Positions 35,272 to 42,592 of a stretch of 45,907 bases of DNA are shown here, piece after piece. How positions within the stretch are numbered: the stretch's first letter is position 1; the number at the start of each line of letters is the position of its first letter. Source of the DNA: a virus. The notes under the pieces are model-generated. The model saw only the letters and a program-made list of their open reading frames with translations, did not search any database and had not been told where the DNA came from. Where the stretch lies: positions 1 through 45,907 of the IMG/VR virus record IMGVR_UViG_3300005336_000013. The stretch is one strand, 5' to 3'. A program made the position numbers and the translations under genes.

Positions 35272-35352
35272 CCTAGAATGCCCCGCGCTGTCGCTGGGCT
35301 GCCTTGTAATGCATTTGCAATTCTACTATCATGGCCTCGCCTTGGGAGGCCT

Positions 35353-35823
35353 ATGCCAAAGATAGGCAGGACTCATGAAGTAATCTTTGGAAATGTCCTG
35401 GCGGTAAGGACTTATTGCGATGCCTGTCGGAGGCCTGCTCTGATAGTCAAGGGCCTGTTGGCTTGCTGCGGCAAATCCGTAGATCGTGAGCCAACCGGAC
35501 AGAAGCGCGAGTGTGAGCCATGCCAGAAACGACAGCGCCCCCCATTGAAAGCGAGGCTTCGCCAGCTCGCAGAGCAAAACAATCGCTGCGCCTATTGCGA
35601 TTTGGAATTCGGATCGATGATTTCCAGGAGGGAGATATCGCTCGTCCTGGTGGTCAACTGGGACCATTGCGTCCCCTATGCCTATGGCCAGAACAACTCC
35701 ACCACGAATTTTGTTGCCGCTTGCCAAGTCTGCAATAGTATCAAGCGCGACATGACCTTCCCGAGCACCGATGAGGCCAGGGCCTATGTCATCCAAAAAA
35801 GAATTGCCAAGGGCTATTTGTGA
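35353..35823 (+). CDS. HNH endonuclease, antisense to the surrounding operon
   Basis: CAYCDLEFG...NWDHCVPYAYGQNNSTTNFVAACQVCNSIKRD gives the HNH core. ATG 35353 follows GGAGG. The longer track ORF (35086) would overlap the resolvase-like gene on the other strand. Confidence 0.75.
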   Translation: MPKIGRTHEVIFGNVLAVRTYCDACRRPALIVKGLLACCGKSVDREPTGQKRECEPCQKRQRPPLKARLRQLAEQNNRCAYCDLEFGSMISRREISLVLVVNWDHCVPYAYGQNNSTTNFVAACQVCNSIKRDMTFPSTDEARAYVIQKRIAKGYL

Positions 35824-35944
35824 GCACTGCCATGCTGAGTTTCAGCCGAAGCGGGCTTGGCAGAAATACTGCTCAACTTCCTGTTGCTGGAAAGCATGGG
35901 ACAAAAGACATCCGCGGCAAGCGCCGACCATCCATACCTAGAAT

Positions 35945-36376
35945 TCACTTCTTCGCCCTGGCGGTCTTCAGGAACTCAGCTCGGGCGGCTTCTCTCTCGG
36001 CCTCCCATCCCTGGTGCCAGGTCAAGGCCTTTGCCTTCTCGGCCTGGTCTATGGGCCCGGGATCTCGCCTGTCGCCTTCCGGGAGCCCCATGGCCTGGCT
36101 GGCGGTGTACCTCATGCGGGGCTGGTACTCATCGTGCCAGCGCTGGCCATTCAACCAGGACGCCGGGTAGGGCCTCGGATCGCGTCCATCACTGGACAGC
36201 ACGTGCTCAAGACAGCCGCCGGGGAGCTGCTGGCACTTGATGGCTACCTTGAGGATTACCATGGCGGGGAGTTTACGCCCTTCGTAGAGCTTCCTGAAAG
36301 CCTTTTCTGCTGCGGCCCAGGCTTCTCTTCGGGGGTACCAGGATCGGAAGTCGTTCCAGGCGGTATCGGCGGACAC
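35945..36376 (-). CDS. Hypothetical early protein
   Basis: 143 aa. GTG 36376 follows AAGGAGGG. The PYPASWLNGQRWHDE motif looks like ones I have seen in phage replication-associated proteins, but I cannot name the family. Confidence 0.5.
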   Translation of the reverse strand: MSADTAWNDFRSWYPRREAWAAAEKAFRKLYEGRKLPAMVILKVAIKCQQLPGGCLEHVLSSDGRDPRPYPASWLNGQRWHDEYQPRMRYTASQAMGLPEGDRRDPGPIDQAEKAKALTWHQGWEAEREAARAEFLKTARAKK

Positions 36377-36572
36377 GGTCCCTCCTTCTTCCTGCCTGCA
36401 GCGGCGCAGAGTTCAGCGGCTCGGATGGTGTCCTCTGAGGGAGGTCCCCACCATCGAGTCTCTCTGGGTCTCCCATAGATCTTTCTCATGAGAATAGATC
36501 CCCGACCTAGGACCGGGTTAAGAACGGTGGTGCCGCTCTCCGCTCCCAGAGGGTAGGCGTAGGGCTCCCCCC

Positions 36573-36905
36573 CTACTCCGTCTCTGGTGAACCTCCGGCC
36601 TGGCCTCGGTTATGTTTCCAGATGGCCCTTCCGAGGACTATTGCCACGCGGGTTTCAGGACCAGCCCAAGAGGGGGACACCCTCTCGACCCTTTTGGTCC
36701 TCCCCGGATCGGTAGCGGGGTTGTATTGTTCGGCAGCGACCTTCAGCATTTGCCGGCGTGCCCCCAGGTAAAAGCACCTATCCCCGCGTGGCGCTGTAGG
36801 AATCCATCTCTGCCAAACTTGATTTATTGGTAGGTCTTCCGGTAGGATCAGCGCTACCTTTTTGTTTGGCAGCGAGAAGGTAACCCATCTAGACCTCCAA
36901 TGCAA
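36573..36905 (-). CDS. Hypothetical protein (start and frame uncertain)
   Basis: 110-aa ORF with a TTG start. A competing 36-aa ATG ORF with a GGAGG site overlaps its 5' end in another frame. Confidence 0.3.
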   Translation of the reverse strand: MHWRSRWVTFSLPNKKVALILPEDLPINQVWQRWIPTAPRGDRCFYLGARRQMLKVAAEQYNPATDPGRTKRVERVSPSWAGPETRVAIVLGRAIWKHNRGQAGGSPETE

Positions 36906-36932
36906 GGGCCTCTTCGGGGGCCCTTCGCATTT

Positions 36933-37154
36933 TCAGGGCTTCCGCTTTCTGATGACTTCACCTTTAAGCAGCTCAGGTAACAAGAACTCGGTTGTCCAGA
37001 GGTCGCGCCCAAGAACCAACTCCAGGGCTGCCTGGAAATCTCCGAAGGGCATACAGAGGCGTTCCTCCCAGAGCTGGAAGTTGACGATCTCTTCCGGAGT
37101 TGCCTTTTTCCACCAGCCAGAGTCGAAGAGGTCAATCGCCTGCTTTTCGGTCAT
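36933..37154 (-). CDS. Hypothetical small protein
   Basis: 73 aa from ATG 37154 (ATGA overlap with the upstream stop): MTEKQAIDLFDSGWWKKATPEEIVNFQLWEE... Confidence 0.45.
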   Translation of the reverse strand: MTEKQAIDLFDSGWWKKATPEEIVNFQLWEERLCMPFGDFQAALELVLGRDLWTTEFLLPELLKGEVIRKRKP

Positions 37155-37477
37155 GGAGCTCCGACCCAGTAGACCCATCCCTCTTTCGGCACAGGAATCG
37201 AGTCCATGTCGATGCAGTCGAATGCGTCGGCGAGAGGTGCCCACTGAATGCACTCACTACAGCCCACGATGTCGACGTACCCGCAACCCTTCGTGCAGCC
37301 AGATACCAAAGAGCAACCAGTGCCTCCAGCGGTTATCCAGCAAGGACACAAATTGCAGCGGGCGTCATTGGAAGAGATCGAGCCATCGTCCCAGCGCTTG
37401 ACCACGGTGAGCTCGAGCTTGGCGGGTGAGGATGAAACCTCGAGGCAGATCAGAGAGACCAGCAGCGCTAGGAACAT
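37151..37477 (-). CDS. Secreted or membrane-anchored Cys-rich protein
   Basis: 108 aa. The N-terminal hydrophobic MFLALLVSLICLEVSSS is followed by a dense Cys cluster: CNLCPCWITAGGTGCSLVSGCTKGCGYVDIVGCSEC. Confidence 0.5.
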   Translation of the reverse strand: MFLALLVSLICLEVSSSPAKLELTVVKRWDDGSISSNDARCNLCPCWITAGGTGCSLVSGCTKGCGYVDIVGCSECIQWAPLADAFDCIDMDSIPVPKEGWVYWVGAP

Positions 37478-37484
37478 TTGTGGT

Positions 37485-37820
37485 TCACGTTTTGTCCTTG
37501 GTCAACTTGAAGACGTGAAGCCCGCCCCTGCCAGTTAACTCCCAATGAACTATCCAGAACCAATGCATATCCTCCAGGATAGCAATGATCTCCTCGTTGC
37601 CACTCCAGCCGCCGGTAGCAAGCCTGAGTCGTCCTCGTTTAAGTCGAACGCCTCCATCCGGCATCCACCAAATCGATTCGATGAATTTGCAAATGCCATC
37701 GACATCGCCAAATGGCCACTCCTTAAGTCGCGCTAGTTCTTCATCCGTTGGATATCCGTCTTGGTCAGGCATTAGCAACTCCACATCCCGGATCTCTATA
37801 AGGGTGCCCATGAGTTTCAT
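37485..37820 (-). CDS. Hypothetical protein
   Basis: 111-aa ORF. Contains an ATGGWSGNEEII segment. No function recognised. Confidence 0.45.
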   Translation of the reverse strand: MKLMGTLIEIRDVELLMPDQDGYPTDEELARLKEWPFGDVDGICKFIESIWWMPDGGVRLKRGRLRLATGGWSGNEEIIAILEDMHWFWIVHWELTGRGGLHVFKLTKDKT

Positions 37821-37953
37821 ACTCCGTCCCGCAGTGGACCAGGACGACGCCGCGATGGCCGAGTACCCACTTGATTCCAGTCCACCAGGATTCCATCCAG
37901 TCCTCGTAGGTGCGCGGGGAGGGGTGGCACAGGCATAGATCCAGGTGCTTCAC

Positions 37954-38061
37954 TTAGTTCCTTTCTGTCGGATCTTGAATAATCGCTTTCCAAATATCGT
38001 ACAGTCCGAAGATGACAACTATTAGTTCCAACACGATAACTACCAGAAGCCAGTTAGTCAT
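37954..38061 (-). CDS. Very small single-pass membrane protein
   Basis: 35-aa ORF below the track cutoff: MTNWLLVVIVLELIVVIFGLYDIWKAIIQDPTERN. ATGA overlap with the upstream stop. Confidence 0.4.
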   Translation of the reverse strand: MTNWLLVVIVLELIVVIFGLYDIWKAIIQDPTERN

Positions 38062-38315
38062 CCCCTCACCTTCGCGAGGCAGTCGCGGCGATTCTTGGCG
38101 CAGTCATGCAGAATTGCATCCTTCCCCATATAGTACCCACGCAGATCGCAGTCTTGGCGTACACGGTTCGCCTCGCAAGGCTCCCCCTCTGCCAACCTCT
38201 CCAGCGCGGCGAGGGCTGTGCGGAAGTAGGGATCAGCTCGTCGGTCTCCATCACGTAGTTCGATGCCCTGCCGCAAGGCTGCCGCCACAATCCCATAATC
38301 GTCAGGTCTACTCAC
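38058..38315 (-). CDS. Hypothetical protein
   Basis: 85-aa ORF with short overlaps to both neighbours. Confidence 0.45.
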   Translation of the reverse strand: MSRPDDYGIVAAALRQGIELRDGDRRADPYFRTALAALERLAEGEPCEANRVRQDCDLRGYYMGKDAILHDCAKNRRDCLAKVRG

Positions 38316-38493
38316 GATAGCTCCTTTGCCTCAACGGCTTCCCACAGAACGGGCAGAAGCGCATCCTGTTATTCTTCGGAGTGCCGTTGTCCTGCTCAGG
38401 AAATACCCAATCGCTCTTGCTGCAAGAAGCGGTCCAGACGCCATCAATGTCGCTTGCCCACAGACACTTCGAGGAATCGTCAGGTCGGGTCAT
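38308..38493 (-). CDS. Small Zn-ribbon protein
   Basis: 61 aa with a C-terminal FCPFCGKPL. Confidence 0.4.
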   Translation of the reverse strand: MTRPDDSSKCLWASDIDGVWTASCSKSDWVFPEQDNGTPKNNRMRFCPFCGKPLRQRSYRE

Positions 38494-38692
38494 GGCTTCT
38501 TCCAGCGATGCGTACAGCCAGCAGATACAGGTCGCGCACTGTAGCTAGCGCCTCCCCCGCACTCACCTCCAGCAAAGCGCGGAGGCGCTCTTGAAGTCCA
38601 ATGACACGCCCACAACAAGGTGAGAACAGTAACTCTGCCCCGCAATGCTTACACTTAGTCTCCCCCTCCGGCAGCTTGCGCTCACTTCCCAC
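38480..38692 (-). CDS. Small Zn-ribbon protein
   Basis: 70 aa with CKHCGAELLFSPCCG. Confidence 0.4.
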   Translation of the reverse strand: MGSERKLPEGETKCKHCGAELLFSPCCGRVIGLQERLRALLEVSAGEALATVRDLYLLAVRIAGRSHDPT

Positions 38693-38975
38693 GGGAGGAC
38701 TCCTCGATTCGTTTCTCCGTCGCTGTGCAATCCGGGCACGATTGCACTGTCACGACCAGTACCGGCCCTTCCGGTCCCGCGCACGTCGCCGCGTCCTTCA
38801 GTTCCAGCCGCGCTCCGCAGAAACATCGAGCGATGACGGGGGGCGCGACGATCTGCTCCAGGACCTCAATCACATCCTCTGCCGCCGCCATCGCAGGGCC
38901 GATCTCGTCCGTGTCATTGCGATGCGCGGCTACGATGTCCGCGAGTCGCATCGCGATCCTGGCTTTGTCGAGCAT
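38682..38975 (-). CDS. Hypothetical protein
   Basis: 97-aa ORF containing CFCG and CPDC pairs. Confidence 0.45.
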   Translation of the reverse strand: MLDKARIAMRLADIVAAHRNDTDEIGPAMAAAEDVIEVLEQIVAPPVIARCFCGARLELKDAATCAGPEGPVLVVTVQSCPDCTATEKRIEESSRGK

Positions 38976-38986
38976 CTTCTTCCCCT

Positions 38987-39425
38987 CTACACTTTCAGCC
39001 GTGGAGGCTTACGCATGATCCTAGCGGCGCCGAGCTCCACGCCGAGAAGCTGAGCGGTGCTCCTGACCAGCGCTCCGTATACCCGGGCCGTCTCCAAATC
39101 GATCTGCACATTCAGCAGCATGGTCGAAACGACGTTGACTTGGTGCGTCAACTCGCCCACCGTGCTTGGCTGCGGCCAAGGACTTCTCGAGCCTTTTGAC
39201 TGCGAGCCTGAGAGCATGGACTTCGGCAGGAACAACTTGGCCTGTCCTGGTTTTCCACTTCCAGACCCATCGCGCACGTTTCTCGGGGTTCCGCGCTTGG
39301 TAGGCGATGACGGCTTTCCTGTGAGCCTTCCCGACTTCTGGGTCTTTCCTGTAGGATTGGGCATAGCACCTCGGGCACGGGCCTGTCAGGGACCGCTTAT
39401 GCTTCCTTCCGCACTTGGGGCACAT
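38987..39425 (-). CDS. Zn-ribbon protein whose coding signal switches frame near 39160 (frameshift, indel, or two overlapping genes)
   Basis: Frame A (ATG 39425, TAAGGA upstream) encodes MCPKCGRKHKRSLTGPCPRCYAQSYRKDPEV..., with G/C-rich third positions down to about 39165. Below that point frame B (ends 38987; ...VGELTHQVNVVSTMLLNVQIDLETARVYGALV...) has the G/C-rich third positions, while frame A becomes Arg-rich with A/T third positions. Confidence 0.35.
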
Positions 39426-39437
39426 GGGAATCCTTAG

Positions 39438-39506
39438 TCCCCGCCCACCCATCGGCTCACCCCCGGATGGGTGCCCCTCATGTCAATGAGGGAAGGTGGG
39501 CGGGGA
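39438..39506 (-). promoter_or_regulatory. 69-nt nested inverted repeat (12-bp outer stem enclosing two hairpins) in an intergenic gap
   Basis: TCCCCGCCCACC (39438-39449) pairs perfectly with GGTGGGCGGGGA (39495-39506). Inside, CCCTCAT/ATGAGGG (39475-39481 / 39486-39492, loop GTCA) and a weaker CATC..GATG hairpin. The RBS TAAGGA of the next gene follows immediately. Confidence 0.45.
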
Positions 39507-39590
39507 TGTCCTACTGGCGGGCCTTCGTCTTTCGGTCCTGAATGAAATCGAACCCATGAGCCGTCACGATTGCCGGCTCATGGTCTTCGT

Positions 39591-40271
39591 TCACTGCTTG
39601 ACGAGCTCGGGTGGCTTCGGCGGCGGTGTCGGCCCGTCCAGTGGTCCGGCCGATAGCCACGACAGCTTTCTCGTTGTCCATTGGGTGATGCCTCCCTGTG
39701 CGCTCTGAAGCCGGGATACCTCCATGGACATGCTCCCACTATCAACGGCTTCCTGAACGAGCAGATCCAGGTCAGCCGGTCCATTAAGGTTCCCCGCTCT
39801 GGTGTCCTGGACCATCGTGATGAAATCCCCGGACCTCATGCCCCCTCGTTCGGCTACGGATCCAGCGCGAACTCTCTCGACATAGAACCCGAAGGCAGAA
39901 GTGAAGCCCATGCGGTCGTCAGGCGTGGCCAGCCGAATCGTGACATGGCGCTTCATGGTGCCGGGGCCTTCTGGGGCTGACAATACCAGTAAGTCCGCGG
40001 CCTGCCACAGGGCCTGCTCGCGGATCTGGCTTATGAAGTCTTGGAAGCTCACTCGGTCCCGGATTCCGCGTCCGCCCGTGGCGAGGATGACATCCCCGGG
40101 GCGCAGGCCTGCCCGCTCGGCAATGGAGCCAGCCTGCACATCACTGACAATCAGAACCGGAGAAGAGTTGATACCGAGCCGAGCCTCATAGGGGCGAGCA
40201 TTCACGCATTCGGCGGCCATGGCCGCACCGCACAGAGACGCCATCGCGATCGGGACCACCAGCCATTTCAT
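39591..40271 (-). CDS. Secreted tandem-PDZ-domain protein
   Basis: 226 aa from ATG 40271 (GGAGG 5 nt upstream). Signal-peptide-like MKWLVVPIAMASLCGAAMA. Two PDZ-like units: VLIVSDVQAGSIAERAGLRPGDVILATGG and FYVERVRAGSVAERGGMRSGDFITMV. No protease motif seen. Confidence 0.7.
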   Translation of the reverse strand: MKWLVVPIAMASLCGAAMAAECVNARPYEARLGINSSPVLIVSDVQAGSIAERAGLRPGDVILATGGRGIRDRVSFQDFISQIREQALWQAADLLVLSAPEGPGTMKRHVTIRLATPDDRMGFTSAFGFYVERVRAGSVAERGGMRSGDFITMVQDTRAGNLNGPADLDLLVQEAVDSGSMSMEVSRLQSAQGGITQWTTRKLSWLSAGPLDGPTPPPKPPELVKQ

Positions 40272-40290
40272 GGAAACCTCCAACTTCAGG

Positions 40291-40563
40291 TCAGTTTGCG
40301 ACACAGGAATTGCAGGGCGAGTGCCCACCATCAGACGTTCGGCAGTCCCCGCAGCATGCACCGGCTCCGGTGTTGTAGACGCAGCTTTGGTTTGTACAGG
40401 TGTAGTAGTAGACGGTCCTGCAGGTGACGGTGCCGTCACTGCTGCCGGTATCAGGGCCGCGCGTGATCTTCCTCTTGGACGCCCCGCCAAGATTCTCGAT
40501 GGCCATGGATTGTGATGCGATGAGCAGAACACAGACGAGGATCGCGAACCAGCGCAGCCTCAC
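40291..40563 (-). CDS. Small secreted Cys-rich protein
   Basis: 90 aa. GTG 40563 lies 5 nt after GGGAGG. Signal-peptide-like MRLRWFAILVCVLLIASQSMA. The mature part has ten Cys: CRTVYYYTCTNQSCVYNTGAGACCGDCRTSDGGHSPCNSC. Confidence 0.55.
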   Translation of the reverse strand: MRLRWFAILVCVLLIASQSMAIENLGGASKRKITRGPDTGSSDGTVTCRTVYYYTCTNQSCVYNTGAGACCGDCRTSDGGHSPCNSCVAN

Positions 40564-40584
40564 AGAGCCTCCCTTCAGCCGACG

Positions 40585-40839
40585 TTAAAGAGTCCACTTC
40601 CTATTGGGACACAGTTCCTGGTCGTGATTGTTGCTGGTGCCGGTTGTAACCTCTTGGCGATCGCAATCAAGTGGCTTCGGAATGAACCGCCTAGGGCAGC
40701 CAGCACCCTGCCACAGCCAGACGTAATGCTCTAGCATGTCCTCCTTGGTGCAGCCACGCTTGAGATATGGGGCGCTGCAAACATCCCAGAAGGAATCGAA
40801 CTCGGCGAGCTGCTTGCTAGAAGGGCGCTTCGAGGTCAT
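40585..40839 (-). CDS. Hypothetical protein
   Basis: 84-aa ORF overlapping the upstream gene end by 23 nt. Confidence 0.4.
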   Translation of the reverse strand: MTSKRPSSKQLAEFDSFWDVCSAPYLKRGCTKEDMLEHYVWLWQGAGCPRRFIPKPLDCDRQEVTTGTSNNHDQELCPNRKWTL

Positions 40840-41671
40840 CGCAGATCGCCTTGTATTTGCCCTTCGTGACTTGCTTGGTGGTCCCGAATCCGAAATCCCG
40901 CACCAGATTGTTTAGCTTGCTCTTGGCCCATTCGGAATCCATGCCTTCTTTCTTGGCCCTGGCGAATGCTAAAGCCCACATGCGACTGTGTTGCCCTTCC
41001 GAGATAGTCTCGCCAGGCCCTTCCTCTTGATTCTGTGGCGCTGGCTTAGGCTGGCGTGGTGCAGCATCCTCATCGGCATCGCTGGCTTCGGGCATGTCTT
41101 CCATGTCCTGAGTGAAGAAATCGCTTGTGCGTGTCGCCGTAAGAACCGCGTCAATGAAGGCCCGCTTCTTGGCCATCTTCATGATGGTGTTCTCGGCATC
41201 ATCAGCATCCACCGTCAGGTATTTCTTCTCCCAGTTGTTACAGGTGCCGACGCCCTCGCCAACCTGGATGCCTATTCCATCTGGGCGCGTCCGATGAAGA
41301 GTGCAGCGATAGGAGTATTTGATGTAGCCCCGGCAGTCGCCTTTCTTCTCGTACTTCTCCCAGTGCTTGGTGGCCGTGCGGTCGTAGACGCGCTCGGTTT
41401 CCTCGAAACGCGGGTTCATGCCATGGATATTGGTGAGCAGTTCGGCCCCCGGTTTTAGCAGTGTGGGCTTCCCGTTGGTGCCGGGAATCTTTCCATAATG
41501 AGTGCCCACGACCATCTGGCTTTGGATAAATCCCTTCATGGCGTCAATGCGGGCACCCTCGAAGGCGATGCGATCCCGGAAAGCCTGAATATCTAGGCTT
41601 TCATCCGCCTCCCGCCTGATTAGCTGGCCCTCTAATGGGGCTTCGTTTGTGAGCCCTGCGGTGCTGGACAT
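40817..41671 (-). CDS. Possible single-strand-annealing / recombination protein (weak)
   Basis: 284 aa. HYGKIPGTNGKPTLLKPGAELL and MAKKRAFIDAVLTATR, followed by an acidic linker and a small C-terminal domain. The layout resembles phage Erf/Rad52-type annealases, but I cannot assign a family by eye. Confidence 0.3.
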   Translation of the reverse strand: MSSTAGLTNEAPLEGQLIRREADESLDIQAFRDRIAFEGARIDAMKGFIQSQMVVGTHYGKIPGTNGKPTLLKPGAELLTNIHGMNPRFEETERVYDRTATKHWEKYEKKGDCRGYIKYSYRCTLHRTRPDGIGIQVGEGVGTCNNWEKKYLTVDADDAENTIMKMAKKRAFIDAVLTATRTSDFFTQDMEDMPEASDADEDAAPRQPKPAPQNQEEGPGETISEGQHSRMWALAFARAKKEGMDSEWAKSKLNNLVRDFGFGTTKQVTKGKYKAICDDLEAPF

Positions 41672-42186
41672 TACTTCACCGCCGCAATCTGCCGGGCAAG
41701 TCGCTGAATCTGGGTCTTCACATAGCTCAGGTTGCGATAGATCGTGTGCTCATCAAACATGCGATACTGCGGAAGCGAATGGTACTTAGGGGCAAAGTCC
41801 TGGTAATGGGCACAGTCAAACCCAAACCACCAGACATGATCGTCTTCGCCAGACTGAACCACATGGCAGATCCCATGCTCGCTCTCGGTGCACTTGTCGG
41901 AGTAGGTGAGTCCGCCATGCACTCTTACTGTCGATCCGGGACCATGATCGCAGTAGTCCTCGCCGCACGTCGGCTTCTGGGCGCACGCCGAATAATCGAC
42001 CCCGAACCATGGGTGACCCCTCGCGACTCCGACGTAGCCACAGAGCGCTCCCGCGGGTCCGCGCACGATGAGGCAAGGAAGGCCCGTCTCTTCGTCCTGC
42101 CACTGCATCTTATCGGGCTCGTTCTGCCACTCTCCAGGCCCCCATTCAGACTTGTCTGTGAAGCGCCATTCTCTGGTTTCCATCAC
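41671..42186 (-). CDS. Conserved-looking Cys/His/Trp-rich early protein, function unknown
   Basis: 171 aa. ALCGYVGV..GHPWFG...VHGGLTY...WWFGFDCAHYQDFAP. One-nt overlap with the next start. Confidence 0.5.
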   Translation of the reverse strand: MMETREWRFTDKSEWGPGEWQNEPDKMQWQDEETGLPCLIVRGPAGALCGYVGVARGHPWFGVDYSACAQKPTCGEDYCDHGPGSTVRVHGGLTYSDKCTESEHGICHVVQSGEDDHVWWFGFDCAHYQDFAPKYHSLPQYRMFDEHTIYRNLSYVKTQIQRLARQIAAVK

Positions 42187-42383
42187 TGTGCCTTTCTCAG
42201 CGCATCGCGCCTGCGAGCTGCGTCAAGAAGTTGACGGAGGCGCTTCGAGATGGCTGGACGTGTCTGCACGATTCCTGTTTCCCATCTGATGACCGATCTC
42301 TCCGAGGCGAAAACGGCACGCCCAAGCTGTTCATGTGTCCAGCCTCTGCGCCGACGCAACTCTCGAATGTCATGAGTAGTCAA
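42183..42383 (-). CDS. Cro/XRE-type HTH regulator; first gene of the early minus-strand block
   Basis: 66 aa. IRELRRRRGWTHEQLGRAVFASERSVIRWETG fits the XRE HTH pattern. TTG start lies 4-5 nt after GGAGGA. Confidence 0.65.
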   Translation of the reverse strand: MTTHDIRELRRRRGWTHEQLGRAVFASERSVIRWETGIVQTRPAISKRLRQLLDAARRRDALRKAQ

Positions 42384-42406
42384 TGAATCCTCCGATAGTA
42401 AACGGG

Positions 42407-42435
42407 AATATGCTCCCGTCAGGTGTCATTGTCAA
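42407..42435 (-). promoter_or_regulatory. Sigma70-type promoter for the early minus-strand block
   Basis: On the minus strand: TTGACA (42435-42430), 17-nt spacer, CATATT (42412-42407). This leaves a leader of about 17 nt carrying GGAGGA before the TTG start. Confidence 0.5.
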
Positions 42436-42450
42436 GGGGAAAGAAGGGGT

Positions 42451-42470
42451 GCCCCGGGTTTCCCCGGGGC
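42451..42470 (-). terminator. Perfect 8-bp GC hairpin (secondary terminator or insulator)
   Basis: GCCCCGGG-TTTC-CCCGGGGC. On the minus strand it is followed by ACCCCTTCTTTCCCC, just upstream of the early promoter -35. Confidence 0.35.
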
Positions 42471-42565
42471 TCTCTCTCACGGCCTCTGGCTTCTACTCAC
42501 AGAATTGGGTGTGAGGCCGGTGGCGCTTAAATGGAATCTACGCCGAGGGCCGTGAATGCGCAATG

Positions 42566-42592
42566 AAAAAGGGCCCCAAATCTCGGGGCCCC
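42566..42592 (-). terminator. Rho-independent terminator ending the late block
   Basis: On the minus strand: GGGGCCC-GAGATTT-GGGGCCC stem-loop followed by TTTTT (plus-strand AAAAA at 42566-42570). Lies 23 nt after the stop at 42615. Confidence 0.7.

Noticed and set aside
35086-35352. N-terminal 89-aa extension of the HNH ORF (track start 35086)
   Set aside because: The extension overlaps the resolvase-like gene on the opposite strand and is Arg/Pro-rich. ATG 35353 with GGAGG upstream gives a compact HNH protein.
36256-36489. 77-aa ORF overlapping the start of 35945..36376 by 120 nt, and the 62-aa ORF 37765..37953 overlapping 37485..37820
   Set aside because: They have long overlaps with better-supported genes, mixed third-position composition and no motif. 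They may contain short real genes at their 5' ends, but I cannot define them.
40272-40532. N-terminal extension of the PDZ ORF (313-aa version) overlapping the Cys-rich gene
   Set aside because: The extension is Pro/Ala/Arg-rich and overlaps 40291..40563. The internal ATG 40271 has GGAGG at ideal spacing and yields a classic signal peptide.
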